Shown here piece by piece: positions 28,076-36,939 of a stretch of DNA of 64,000 nt. Under the pieces are notes generated by a model. The model searched no databases, had not been told where the DNA came from, and saw only the letters and a list, made by a program, of their open reading frames with translations. The position numbers and the translations under genes are program-made. Origin of the DNA: an uncultured Pseudomonadota bacterium (GTDB lineage: Bacteria; Pseudomonadota; Gammaproteobacteria; Natronospirales; REEB76); NCBI GenBank assembly GCA_963774895.1, contig CAVZGN010000002.1, forward strand, positions 386,091 to 450,090. The letters run 5' to 3'. Position 1 is the stretch's first letter. Every line of letters starts with the position of its first letter.

Positions 28076-30400
28076 TCAGTTCGCCACCGCGGCTTCCGGC
28101 TCCTGTGACGGTGGTGCCAGCTCCGGTGCGGGTTCGGCGAAACCGCATTCCTTGCGAGGACAGACGCGCTCGGTGCCCTTGCGCTTGGTGGTCTTGATGG
28201 TGAGGATCGGCCAGCCACATTTGGGGCAGGGTTGCGCCAGCGGCGGGTTCCAGGTTGCATATTTGCAGTCCGGGTAGCGCGAGCAGGAATAGAAGATCTT
28301 GCCGTAGCGCGATTTGCGCTTCAGGAACGTGCCCTGATGGCACTCGGGACATTCGACCCCCATGTCCTGGGGTTTCTCCAGCGGTTCGATGAATTTGCAT
28401 TTAGGATAGCTGGAACAGCCGATGAACTTGCCATAGCGGCCGCGCCGGATGATGAGGTCCGAGCCACACTGCGGGCACTGCCGGCCCTCAATCTTCTCCG
28501 GTTGCGCCGCTTGCTCGGCGGTTTCGTCCAGGTTGCGGGTGTAGTCGCAGTCCGGATAGCCGGTGCAGCCGATAAATCGCCCGCGCCGTCCCAGGCGGAT
28601 GGAGAGCGGCTTGCCGCATTTGGGACATTTCTCATCCATCTTCTGGGTGGTCACGTCCTTGCGCGACACATTTTCTTCTTTGTGATCCACCAGCTTCTTG
28701 AACGGGTCCCAGAACTCATGCATCACCGGCACCCATTCCTTCTCGCCACGCGAGACCGCGTCCAGCTCGTCTTCCATCTTGGCGGTGAAGTCGTAGTCCA
28801 CATACTGGGTAAAGTGGTCAGTCAGGAATTTGCTGACCACGCGGCCCACATCCGTGGGTTTGAAACGTTTGCGGTCCATCTCCACGTATTCGCGTTGCTG
28901 CAGGGTGGAGATGATGGTGGCGTAGGTCGAGGGCCGGCCGATGCCGTACTCTTCCAGGGCCTTTACCAGACTGGCTTCGGTATAACGCGGCGGCGGCTCG
29001 GTGAAATGCTGCTCACACTGGATGTCCTTGAGGGTGACGGTTTCACCCTGCTCGAGCGGCGGCAGCAGCCGTTCTTCATCATCGCCGATAGTGTCGTCCT
29101 GGCCTTCCTGGTATACGGCCATGAAACCCGGCACCACCATCACCGAACCGGTGGCCCGGAAGCTGCTGTCGTGGCCGGCGTCCAGATCCGCCGTGACCGT
29201 GTCGAACACTGCCTGCTCCATCTGGCAGGCGATGGTGCGCTTCCAGATGAGTTCGTACAGCTTACGCTGTTCCTCGGTGAGTTTGCCGTGGATGTCTTCC
29301 GGAGCGCGCGCCGCCGAAGTTGGGCGGATGGCTTCGTGGGCTTCCTGGGCATTCTTGGATTTGGTCTTGTAGACGCGCGATTCTTCCGGCAGATGATCCT
29401 GGCCATAGCGTTTGGCGATGACCTCACGGATCTCGGCCACGGCTTCGGCGGCCAGGTTCACCGAATCGGTGCGCATGTAGCTGATGAGGCCCACCGCGCC
29501 TTCGCCGGTCAGATCGATGCCTTCATAGAGTTGCTGGGCGGTGCGCATGGTGCGCTGCGCGCCGAAACCCAGCTTGCGTGAGGCTTCCTGCTGCAAGGTG
29601 GAGGTGGTGAAAGGCGCTGCCGGATTACGCTTGCGCTGTTTCTTCTCGACCGAAGCAACCGTGAGTTTGCCGTTGGCGGATTTGAGCAGGGCCGCTTCCG
29701 CGGCGCGTGTGGATTTCTCGTCGCGGAAAGTGAACTGTTCGGCCTTGTGGCCGGCATACTGGTAGAGACGGGCACTGAACGCTTGCGCGTCCTTCTCCGC
29801 ATTCGCGGCGATACTCCAGTATTCCTCGCTCTTGAACTTCTCGATCTCATCCTCGCGCTCGCAGATAAGGCGCAGGGCCGGCGACTGCACACGGCCGGCG
29901 GACAGGCCGCGGCGGATCTTCTTCCAGAGTAGCGGCGAGAGGTTGAAACCCACTAGGTAATCCAGCGCGCGGCGTGCCTGCTGGGCGTTCACCAGTTCAG
30001 TGGACAGTGGCCGCGGATGGGCCACCGCATCGTTCACGGCCCGCTGGGTGATTTCGTGGAACACTACCCGGTGTACCTCTTTGTCCTTGAGGGCGCCACG
30101 CTCCTTGAGGATCTCATAGAGATGCCAGGAGATGGCTTCGCCTTCCCGGTCGGGGTCGGTGGCCAGATACAGGGCCCCGGCCTTCTTGAGGGCTTTGGCA
30201 ATGGCGTCCACGTGCTTTTCATTGCGCTCGATGAGCGCGTATTTCATGGAGAATTCATTCTCCGTGTCCACGGCGCCCTCCTTGGGCACCAGGTCGCGCA
30301 CGTGGCCGTAGGAAGCCAGAACCTCGAAGCCCTTACCCAGGTACTTCTTGATGGTCTTGGCCTTGGCGGGAGACTCGACTATGACTAGGTTTTCACTCAT
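28076..30400 (-). CDS. topA: DNA topoisomerase I
   Basis: 774 aa. Toprim N-terminus LVIVESPAKAKTIKKYLG, active-site region, and four C-terminal Cys4 zinc ribbons. Confidence 0.97.
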   Translation of the reverse strand: MSENLVIVESPAKAKTIKKYLGKGFEVLASYGHVRDLVPKEGAVDTENEFSMKYALIERNEKHVDAIAKALKKAGALYLATDPDREGEAISWHLYEILKERGALKDKEVHRVVFHEITQRAVNDAVAHPRPLSTELVNAQQARRALDYLVGFNLSPLLWKKIRRGLSAGRVQSPALRLICEREDEIEKFKSEEYWSIAANAEKDAQAFSARLYQYAGHKAEQFTFRDEKSTRAAEAALLKSANGKLTVASVEKKQRKRNPAAPFTTSTLQQEASRKLGFGAQRTMRTAQQLYEGIDLTGEGAVGLISYMRTDSVNLAAEAVAEIREVIAKRYGQDHLPEESRVYKTKSKNAQEAHEAIRPTSAARAPEDIHGKLTEEQRKLYELIWKRTIACQMEQAVFDTVTADLDAGHDSSFRATGSVMVVPGFMAVYQEGQDDTIGDDEERLLPPLEQGETVTLKDIQCEQHFTEPPPRYTEASLVKALEEYGIGRPSTYATIISTLQQREYVEMDRKRFKPTDVGRVVSKFLTDHFTQYVDYDFTAKMEDELDAVSRGEKEWVPVMHEFWDPFKKLVDHKEENVSRKDVTTQKMDEKCPKCGKPLSIRLGRRGRFIGCTGYPDCDYTRNLDETAEQAAQPEKIEGRQCPQCGSDLIIRRGRYGKFIGCSSYPKCKFIEPLEKPQDMGVECPECHQGTFLKRKSRYGKIFYSCSRYPDCKYATWNPPLAQPCPKCGWPILTIKTTKRKGTERVCPRKECGFAEPAPELAPPSQEPEAAVAN

Positions 30401-30514
30401 ATATATCCAGCAATACTACAAACGGTATCGCAGCAGCAAGTCCGGGGGACTTTAGCGACCATCGGCGGCGGCAAAACACGGTCGCGCCGGCATGCTGTGA
30501 CTGCACAGTGGCGC

Positions 30515-30997
30515 TCAGTGCATCATGCCAAATGTGTCATCGAATACCAGATCTTCCATGCGCGAATAAGCGTCTTCCTGGCCGGGATGATTGAACAGTA
30601 CCATGAGGATGATCCATTTCACCTGTTCGAGATCAATCTCGTTGCTCTCCAGCGCCATGATGCGTTCGATGACCACTTCGCGTTGTGCGGCTTCCAGGAT
30701 GCCGATGTTTTCCAAATACTGGATGAAACCGCGGCATTCGGTGGTGAGACGCGTAAATTCCTGTTCAGCGTATACCCGGAACCCGTCGTGACGGGTCAGT
30801 GAGGGTTCGGCTACCGGCGGGTTGGTCGCCAGGTTTTCCAGCCAGTCGAAGGCTTTGTTGATCTCCGCTTTGGGGAAGCCGGCTTCTTCCAGCTCCACCG
30901 TCAGGGACTCGCGATCGGTCTCGGTTTCTTCCTCGTCATCATCCAGATAGTTTTCAAACAGGTACATGAGCACGTCGAGCACGTTCTCTTTCATCAT
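30515..30997 (-). CDS. smg: Smg (DUF494) protein
   Basis: 160 aa, acidic. MKENVLDVLMYLFENYLD N-terminus. Conserved position between dprA and topA. Overlaps the dprA stop by 4 nt. Confidence 0.85.
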   Translation of the reverse strand: MMKENVLDVLMYLFENYLDDDEEETETDRESLTVELEEAGFPKAEINKAFDWLENLATNPPVAEPSLTRHDGFRVYAEQEFTRLTTECRGFIQYLENIGILEAAQREVVIERIMALESNEIDLEQVKWIILMVLFNHPGQEDAYSRMEDLVFDDTFGMMH

Positions 30998-32106
30998 GAG
31001 GTCGGCCTCTTTGTTACCCGGGAATAATGTCCGCCCGGCGTCGCTTCCACCTGGCCCTGAAGTTCGAGCATCAGCAGCATGGAGGAAACCACGTCGGGCG
31101 TCAATCCAGTACGCTCCACCAGTGAGTCCACTGAAGTGGGTGCGTGATCCATGGAATTCAAGAGCAGCCGATACTCGGGATCGTCTACGGTGACTGCGGG
31201 CATGGGCGAGTCATCCGCCATGTTCGCAGGTTCGAGTTTCAGCAGCGGCGCAAGTTCCTCGAGAATGTCACCGGCTGATTCCACCAGCTTGGCGCCTTCG
31301 CGGATCAGGCGGTGGCAGCCGCGCGCCAGCGGATTATGGATGGAGCCGGGGATGGCGAACACTTCGCGGCCCTGTTCACTGGCGAGTCGTGCGGTGATCA
31401 GCGAGCCGCTGGTTTGCGCCGCTTCCACCACCAGGGTGCCGACGGACAGACCACTGATGATGCGGTTACGGCGTGGAAAATTGTGTGGCAGCGGCGGTGT
31501 GCCAGGAAGAAATTCCGAGACCAACACTCCGGACTGCGCGATTTCCTCGGCCAATTCCCGATGGCTTGGTGGATAAGGTTTGTCGAGTCCCGTGCCCCAG
31601 ACAGCGATGGTAGTGCCGCCGCCCTTGAGCGCGCCGCGGTGGCTGGCGGCATCAATACCCATGGCCATGCCACTCACGATACCGAGTCCGCAGCGTGACA
31701 GATACGCGGCAAATTCCTCGGCGTTGTGCCGGCCCTCGGTGCTGGGGTTGCGGCTGCCGACCATGGCGAGCAGCGGTTGGCTGAGCAGATGTTGGTCACC
31801 GCGCAGGAACAGGACCATGGGCGGATCGGCTATCTGCCTGAGCAGAGGTGGAAAGGCGGGGTCGGTGCAAGGCAGCAGGGTAGCGCCGGCATGTTCGAGC
31901 CAATACTGGTCTTTTTCTGTTGCTGTCCAGTCAGGGTTTTCGAGCCAGGCGCGGGTATTGTCGGCCAGGCCTGAGAGATCGCTGGATGTGGCGGTGAAGA
32001 TTCCTGCCAGCGAGCCGCAACGGGCCAGCAGGGTGGAGAAACCGGCGGGCCCGAGGCCGGGAGCACGGACCAGTGCCAGCCAATAGTTCGCTTCCTGTGC
32101 GTCTAT
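30994..32106 (-). CDS. dprA: DNA-processing protein DprA (Smf); start codon unresolved
   Basis: The Rossmann core (MVGSRNPS, GMAMGIDAASHRGAL) starts in the annotated ORF (ATG 31818). The same frame stays open upstream to 32127 and encodes the conserved N-terminal domain (YWLALVRAPGLGPAGFSTLLARCGSLAGIF) with no ATG/GTG/TTG. The 5' end given here is an ATA preceded by AAGGGGG. Confidence 0.8.
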   Translation of the reverse strand: MDAQEANYWLALVRAPGLGPAGFSTLLARCGSLAGIFTATSSDLSGLADNTRAWLENPDWTATEKDQYWLEHAGATLLPCTDPAFPPLLRQIADPPMVLFLRGDQHLLSQPLLAMVGSRNPSTEGRHNAEEFAAYLSRCGLGIVSGMAMGIDAASHRGALKGGGTTIAVWGTGLDKPYPPSHRELAEEIAQSGVLVSEFLPGTPPLPHNFPRRNRIISGLSVGTLVVEAAQTSGSLITARLASEQGREVFAIPGSIHNPLARGCHRLIREGAKLVESAGDILEELAPLLKLEPANMADDSPMPAVTVDDPEYRLLLNSMDHAPTSVDSLVERTGLTPDVVSSMLLMLELQGQVEATPGGHYSRVTKRPTS

Positions 32107-32127
32107 GTCCCAATCCCCCTTTTGGGG

Positions 32128-33303
32128 TTAAGGATTCTTGACCTCATCCAGTAGGTGAATGTTGCTGGTGGCAACCATCACCAAGCCATAACTGACCTTT
32201 GGGTAAGTGCGGAATACCAAGAGTGTGCCTTCGCGTTCCCCCGGTAATTTCACCGAGCCACTCAGGCCATCAAAGGCATAAGGATCGTCGACTTTGCGGC
32301 TGCGTCCGTAGATCCCGAGCACCGTGCCGACATCCAAGCCTGCGTCCGTGCCGCGATCCAATACCACAACCTGGAATTGGCCGATCTCCAAAACGCCGCC
32401 GAGGACCGCGATGATGTCACCCTGTACAGGTTTGGCAGGATCATGCGGCAAGTAATCCTGGTTGAGTTCCTGGGCGACCACCGGTAGAAAACGGTCTCCT
32501 GCTACGGCCTCCTGGGCAGTTGCCGTGAGTTTCAGTTTTGCCGGATCGCCCCAGCGCTGGACAGACGCATCACCGATGTATGTGGCTTCATATCCCAAAG
32601 TGTCGCCGCTATCCGGGTCCACGTATTTGTCGCCCAGACGGAATACGTTATAACGATCGCCGTCGGATTTTTTAAGGCCGCGGCCATACACTTCGCCGCC
32701 CAAGCCAATCGCCGGAGCATCGTTCACGGCGCGCAGCAAATAGCCGGAATTTTGCAAGTCGTTCTTGCTGACCACCCGAGTACCGCTCAGGAACTGGTGA
32801 ATGGCGTTCAGCGGAATCGTGGGTATCGCTTGTTCGATAGGCGTGGTTCGGATTTGGGGTGTGAGCTTTTCCACCGGCAAGCTGGGCGCTGCCGCGACTG
32901 GCGCCGCTGCTTCATTTACCACTTGACCGTTGCGCACCACCGTTATCGTGGGACGGCCGTTGATGTATCCCAGCATGAACTGGTCGCCGGGATAGATTAG
33001 GTGAGGATTCTTGATGGCTGGATTGGCATACCAGATATCCGGCCAGCGCCAGGGATCCTGCAAGTACATGGATGCGATGCCCCACAGGGTGTCGCCCTTC
33101 TTGACCACATAGGTCCGGGGAGCCTGCGGCAATATTTCCGGAGGCGGCGGGGCGGCAGGCTGGGTTTGCGTCTGGCTCAGTGCTGGTGGCGGCAGAGCTG
33201 CAGCCGGAGCCGGCAGCGGCTTTTTCGGAGCACTGGCACAGGCCACCAGCAGGCCCGCCAGGCAAAGGGCGGTTAGGCAGCGGGTCGCGTTATAATCTTT
33301 CAT
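32128..33303 (-). CDS. LysM peptidoglycan-binding lipoprotein (TsaP-like by position and architecture)
   Basis: Lipobox LLVAC and a Pro/Ala-rich linker. LysM motif YVVKKGDTLWGIASMYLQDPWRWPDIWYANP. Sits between dprA and the divergent def, as the LysM/TsaP gene does in pseudomonads. Confidence 0.8.
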   Translation of the reverse strand: MKDYNATRCLTALCLAGLLVACASAPKKPLPAPAAALPPPALSQTQTQPAAPPPPEILPQAPRTYVVKKGDTLWGIASMYLQDPWRWPDIWYANPAIKNPHLIYPGDQFMLGYINGRPTITVVRNGQVVNEAAAPVAAAPSLPVEKLTPQIRTTPIEQAIPTIPLNAIHQFLSGTRVVSKNDLQNSGYLLRAVNDAPAIGLGGEVYGRGLKKSDGDRYNVFRLGDKYVDPDSGDTLGYEATYIGDASVQRWGDPAKLKLTATAQEAVAGDRFLPVVAQELNQDYLPHDPAKPVQGDIIAVLGGVLEIGQFQVVVLDRGTDAGLDVGTVLGIYGRSRKVDDPYAFDGLSGSVKLPGEREGTLLVFRTYPKVSYGLVMVATSNIHLLDEVKNP

Positions 33304-33504
33304 CGGTCAATCTCCACGACTCGCCTGACAAATCCCCACGGTTTACAGGCCCTCCCGCGGCAGTGGCGGGCCGCCTGCATGCGGAGCTGCCGGGCAACTT
33401 TTTAATAGCATCATAACTTTAGCAGCATTTTGTGCAAAAGTGCATGAGGATTGAAGCGGCCCCCCTTGAAAACAGGGGGTTACCCAACCCATAGAGATCG
33501 CATT

Positions 33505-34038
33505 ATGGCCTTGCTCACCATCCTGCATTACCCCGATCCCCGGCTGCGCAACCGCGCGCGGCCGGTCGCGACTGTGACCACCGAGATCCGTCAGCTGGTC
33601 ACCGATATGCTGGCAACCATGTACGCAGCACCGGGTATCGGCTTGGCTGCCACCCAGGTCGGTGTGGATCAGCGGGTTATCGTGGTGGACGTTTCCGAGC
33701 ATGGCGATGCACCGCAGGTCTTCATCAATCCAGAAATCCTCAGCCGCGACGGCAAGGAGAAGATGCAGGAAGGTTGCCTGTCGGTGCCGGGTGTATTCGA
33801 GGAGGTGGAGCGTGCCGAGCATATCCGGGTTAGGGCCCTCGACCGTGATGGCCGTCCGCTGGAATTCGACGCCGACGGCCTGCTGGCGGTGTGCATCCAG
33901 CACGAGATCGACCATCTGGACGGCAAACTGTTCGTGGATTATCTCTCGGCACTCAAGCGCCAGCGTATCCGCAGGAAACTGGAGAAACAACAACGTGATG
34001 AACGCGAGAGCGCGCGCCATACCGCGCCGGCAATCTGA
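33505..34038 (+). CDS. def: Peptide deformylase
   Basis: [15 protein letters not shown] start. Motifs [16 protein letters not shown] and QHEIDHLDG are present. Confidence 0.95.
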   Translation: MALLTILHYPDPRLRNRARPVATVTTEIRQLVTDMLATMYAAPGIGLAATQVGVDQRVIVVDVSEHGDAPQVFINPEILSRDGKEKMQEGCLSVPGVFEEVERAEHIRVRALDRDGRPLEFDADGLLAVCIQHEIDHLDGKLFVDYLSALKRQRIRRKLEKQQRDERESARHTAPAI

Positions 34039-34081
34039 CCAACTGCATTCCAGTTAAGTCGGCCATGCATGCAGGTTTCGC

Positions 34082-35014
34082 ATGAGTATGCGCTTGCGGA
34101 TCGCGTTTGCGGGCACGCCCGAGTTTGCCTTGCCGAGCCTGGACGCGTTGCTGGCGACAGAGCATGCAATCATCGGTGTGTGGACCCAGCCGGACCGGCC
34201 TGCAGGCCGCGGCCGCAAACTCGCCGCGTCACCCATAAAGCAGCATGCGCTGGCGCACTCCATTCCGGTGTATCAGCCTGCATCATTCCAGACTACGGCC
34301 ACGCATCTGCAGCTAAGAACCCTGAAACCGGATGTCATGGTAGTAGCTGCCTATGGTTTGCTGTTACCTTCGGCGGTCCTCGGAATCCCACACTTTGGCT
34401 GCATCAATATCCATGCTTCATTGCTGCCGCGCTGGCGCGGTGCGGCTCCCATACAGCGCGCGCTATTGGCCGGTGATACAGCAACAGGAATCACGCTCAT
34501 GCAGATGAACCAGGGCCTGGACACCGGCGACATACTGGACATCCGCAAGACCCCGATACGCGCAGACGATACCGCCCAGAGTCTGCACGACCGGCTGGCG
34601 AAGCTCGGCGCGACGGCCATCATCGAGCTGCTGGCAGCATTACCGGATGTGACGCGCGTGCCACAAGCTGCTTCCGCAGCGACGCATGCGGCCAAGCTCA
34701 CACGCGCTGAAGCGCGCATACACTGGGCTGCGTCGGCCGTGGACATCGCACTCCGGGTGCGTGCCTATAACCCATGGCCGGTGGCACATACCCAATGGTG
34801 CGGTGAATGGCTGCGTATCTGGACTGCGCAAGCGATTTCCTCTGCAATCGCCGATAAACCCGGTACGGTGATCGCTACAGGCAGTGCCGGCATTGATGTG
34901 GCAACCGGGAATGGCACGCTGCGCATCCAGGAACTGCAAGCTGCCGGCCGTCGCCGTATCGCGGCGGCCGATTTCGCACGCGGCCGCGCACTCGTGGGCG
35001 AACGTTTCATCTGA
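34082..35014 (+). CDS. fmt: Methionyl-tRNA formyltransferase
   Basis: RIAFAGTPEFA and NIHASLLPRWRGAAPIQRA motifs. Directly downstream of def. Confidence 0.95.
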   Translation: MSMRLRIAFAGTPEFALPSLDALLATEHAIIGVWTQPDRPAGRGRKLAASPIKQHALAHSIPVYQPASFQTTATHLQLRTLKPDVMVVAAYGLLLPSAVLGIPHFGCINIHASLLPRWRGAAPIQRALLAGDTATGITLMQMNQGLDTGDILDIRKTPIRADDTAQSLHDRLAKLGATAIIELLAALPDVTRVPQAASAATHAAKLTRAEARIHWAASAVDIALRVRAYNPWPVAHTQWCGEWLRIWTAQAISSAIADKPGTVIATGSAGIDVATGNGTLRIQELQAAGRRRIAAADFARGRALVGERFI

Positions 35015-36333
35015 TGGCGGAGACATCGGTACGCGCGCTTGCGGCTCATGTGCTGGTAGCTGTGCTGCGTGACGGCGTCTATCTCAACCAGGGCTTGCGT
35101 CAACTTAATACGACCATCCGCAATGGGCGTGATGCTGCGCTCATACAGGAACTCTGTTATGGCAGCTTGCGTTTTCAACCGCGACTGGAATTCTGGCTGG
35201 ATAAATTACTGCAGCAACCTCTCAAGCAGCGCGACCTCGATATCCACGCGCTGCTGCTGATGGGGCTTTATCAGCTCACGGAAATGCGCATACCCGCACA
35301 TGCGGTCATCAACGAGACTGCCGAAGCCTGCCGCACTCTGCACAAGGACTGGGCGGTGAAGCTGGTGAACGCGGTGTTGCGCCGATTTCAGCGCGAGCAG
35401 GCGCTATTCCAATCCGAACTATCCAGTAATTCCGCAGCCTTTTACGCCCATCCACAATGGTTCATCGCACGCCTGCAGGCAGACTGGCCACGGGACTGGC
35501 AGGCGATCCTTATGGCCGACAACCAGCGGCCGCCGCTCACATTGCGCGCCAATCGACGTTGGGTGGTGCGCAATGTTTTGCTGGAAGAATTTGCCGCCGC
35601 CGGTATCACCGCACAAGCCTGCGAATTCTCCCCGGACGGGTTAATACTGACTACGCCATTGCCTGTTGAAACCCTGCCGGGTTTTGCCAGCGGAAAATTC
35701 TCTGTGCAGGATGAGGCCGCACAACTGGCGGCAGAATTGCTGGATGTGCAGCCCGGCATGCGGGTGCTGGATGCCTGCGCGGCTCCCGGTGGCAAGACCT
35801 GCCATTTGCTGGAACACTACCCGGAGGCTGGTGAAGTGGTGGCGGTGGACATGGATGTGGAACGTGGGGAGAAAATCCATGAGAATCTGGAACGCTTGGG
35901 CCTGTCGGCCAAAGTCATGCAAGCCGATGCGCTCCACCCCGACGAATGGTGGGATCGGCAGCCGTTCCAGCGCATCCTGCTGGATACGCCCTGCAGCGCC
36001 AGTGGCGTGATCCGCCGTCATCCCGACATCAAGGCACATCGACACCCACAGGATATCAGCGCGACCGTGGCGCTGCAGACGGCATTGCTGGCGGCGCTCT
36101 GGCCGCTGCTGGCCCGCGGCGGTAAGCTGCTGTATGTCACTTGCTCGGTCTTCTGTGAGGAAAACACCGGCGTGGTGCGGGCGTTCCTGGGGACCCAGAC
36201 CGATGCGAAGCCGCGGGAACTTGATTCCCGCTGGGGCATGCGTGCAGCACCCGGCCGGCAGATACTCACGGGTCAGAGCGATATGGATGGATTCTATTAT
36301 GCTTGCATCGAAAAACTGACTGAAAAATTCTGA
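35014..36333 (+). CDS. rsmB: 16S rRNA (cytosine967-C5)-methyltransferase
   Basis: NusB-like N-terminus. SAM motif DACAAPGGKT and catalytic Cys motifs DTPCSASGVIRRHPD and YVTCS. The start overlaps the fmt stop (TGATG). Confidence 0.92.
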   Translation: MAETSVRALAAHVLVAVLRDGVYLNQGLRQLNTTIRNGRDAALIQELCYGSLRFQPRLEFWLDKLLQQPLKQRDLDIHALLLMGLYQLTEMRIPAHAVINETAEACRTLHKDWAVKLVNAVLRRFQREQALFQSELSSNSAAFYAHPQWFIARLQADWPRDWQAILMADNQRPPLTLRANRRWVVRNVLLEEFAAAGITAQACEFSPDGLILTTPLPVETLPGFASGKFSVQDEAAQLAAELLDVQPGMRVLDACAAPGGKTCHLLEHYPEAGEVVAVDMDVERGEKIHENLERLGLSAKVMQADALHPDEWWDRQPFQRILLDTPCSASGVIRRHPDIKAHRHPQDISATVALQTALLAALWPLLARGGKLLYVTCSVFCEENTGVVRAFLGTQTDAKPRELDSRWGMRAAPGRQILTGQSDMDGFYYACIEKLTEKF

Positions 36334-36336
36334 CAC

Positions 36337-36939
36337 ATGATGCCCAACTCCAGAATCCTGTTTGTCCGGTATCGCTCAGTGACGGCGTTGTTGGTCGGTA
36401 TGCTGTTCGCAGGAACTCTGGCATCAACGGCGCGTGCGGACGATAACCAGGGCGGTTTCGTAATTCGTACCGCTTATACGGAGCTCTTAAACGGCGTCTA
36501 TTACCTAAATGCTGACGTCGATCTGAATATGAGCCAGGATGCCCTTAACGCGCTCGAAAACGGTGTGCCGCTGACCGTTGAATGGCAAATCGAAGTGATC
36601 CAGCATCGCAGCATCTTGTGGAACAAGACTGCGGCGACGCTCACTGAACGCTTTCAGATCAGTTACCATCCACTCACCCAGCGATTCATCATCAAAAACC
36701 TGAACAGCGGTGAACAGCAGATTTTCGGCAGTTACCGCGACGCCATTACCAGTCTCGGCCAGGTCAATGACCTGCCGGTTATCGACGCGAGCTTGCTGGA
36801 AGCGAACACACGCTATACCATCCGCATGCGCGCGGTGCTTGATATCACTAACTTCCCGAGTCCTTTGAAACTTATCGCTTCCTGGTTCAAGGGCTGGGAC
36901 CTGAGCAGTGATTGGTATGCCTGGGTGCTGGCTTCATGA
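36337..36939 (+). CDS. DUF4390-like exported protein
   Basis: 200 aa with a signal peptide. Its position between rsmB and an NtrY-like kinase matches the usual DUF4390 context. Family call is from memory. Confidence 0.65.
   Translation: MMPNSRILFVRYRSVTALLVGMLFAGTLASTARADDNQGGFVIRTAYTELLNGVYYLNADVDLNMSQDALNALENGVPLTVEWQIEVIQHRSILWNKTAATLTERFQISYHPLTQRFIIKNLNSGEQQIFGSYRDAITSLGQVNDLPVIDASLLEANTRYTIRMRAVLDITNFPSPLKLIASWFKGWDLSSDWYAWVLAS

Noticed and set aside
28232-29581. A 449-aa ORF antisense to topA. Similar long antisense ORFs occur at 41388..42671 (opposite argS), 54623..55936 (opposite the tricorn-like gene), 18298..19104, 60411..61280 and 3574..4350.
   Set aside because: These have low-complexity, Arg/Gly/His-rich translations and no recognisable domains. 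Each lies fully inside a well-supported conserved gene on the other strand. This is a typical high-GC shadow-ORF artefact.
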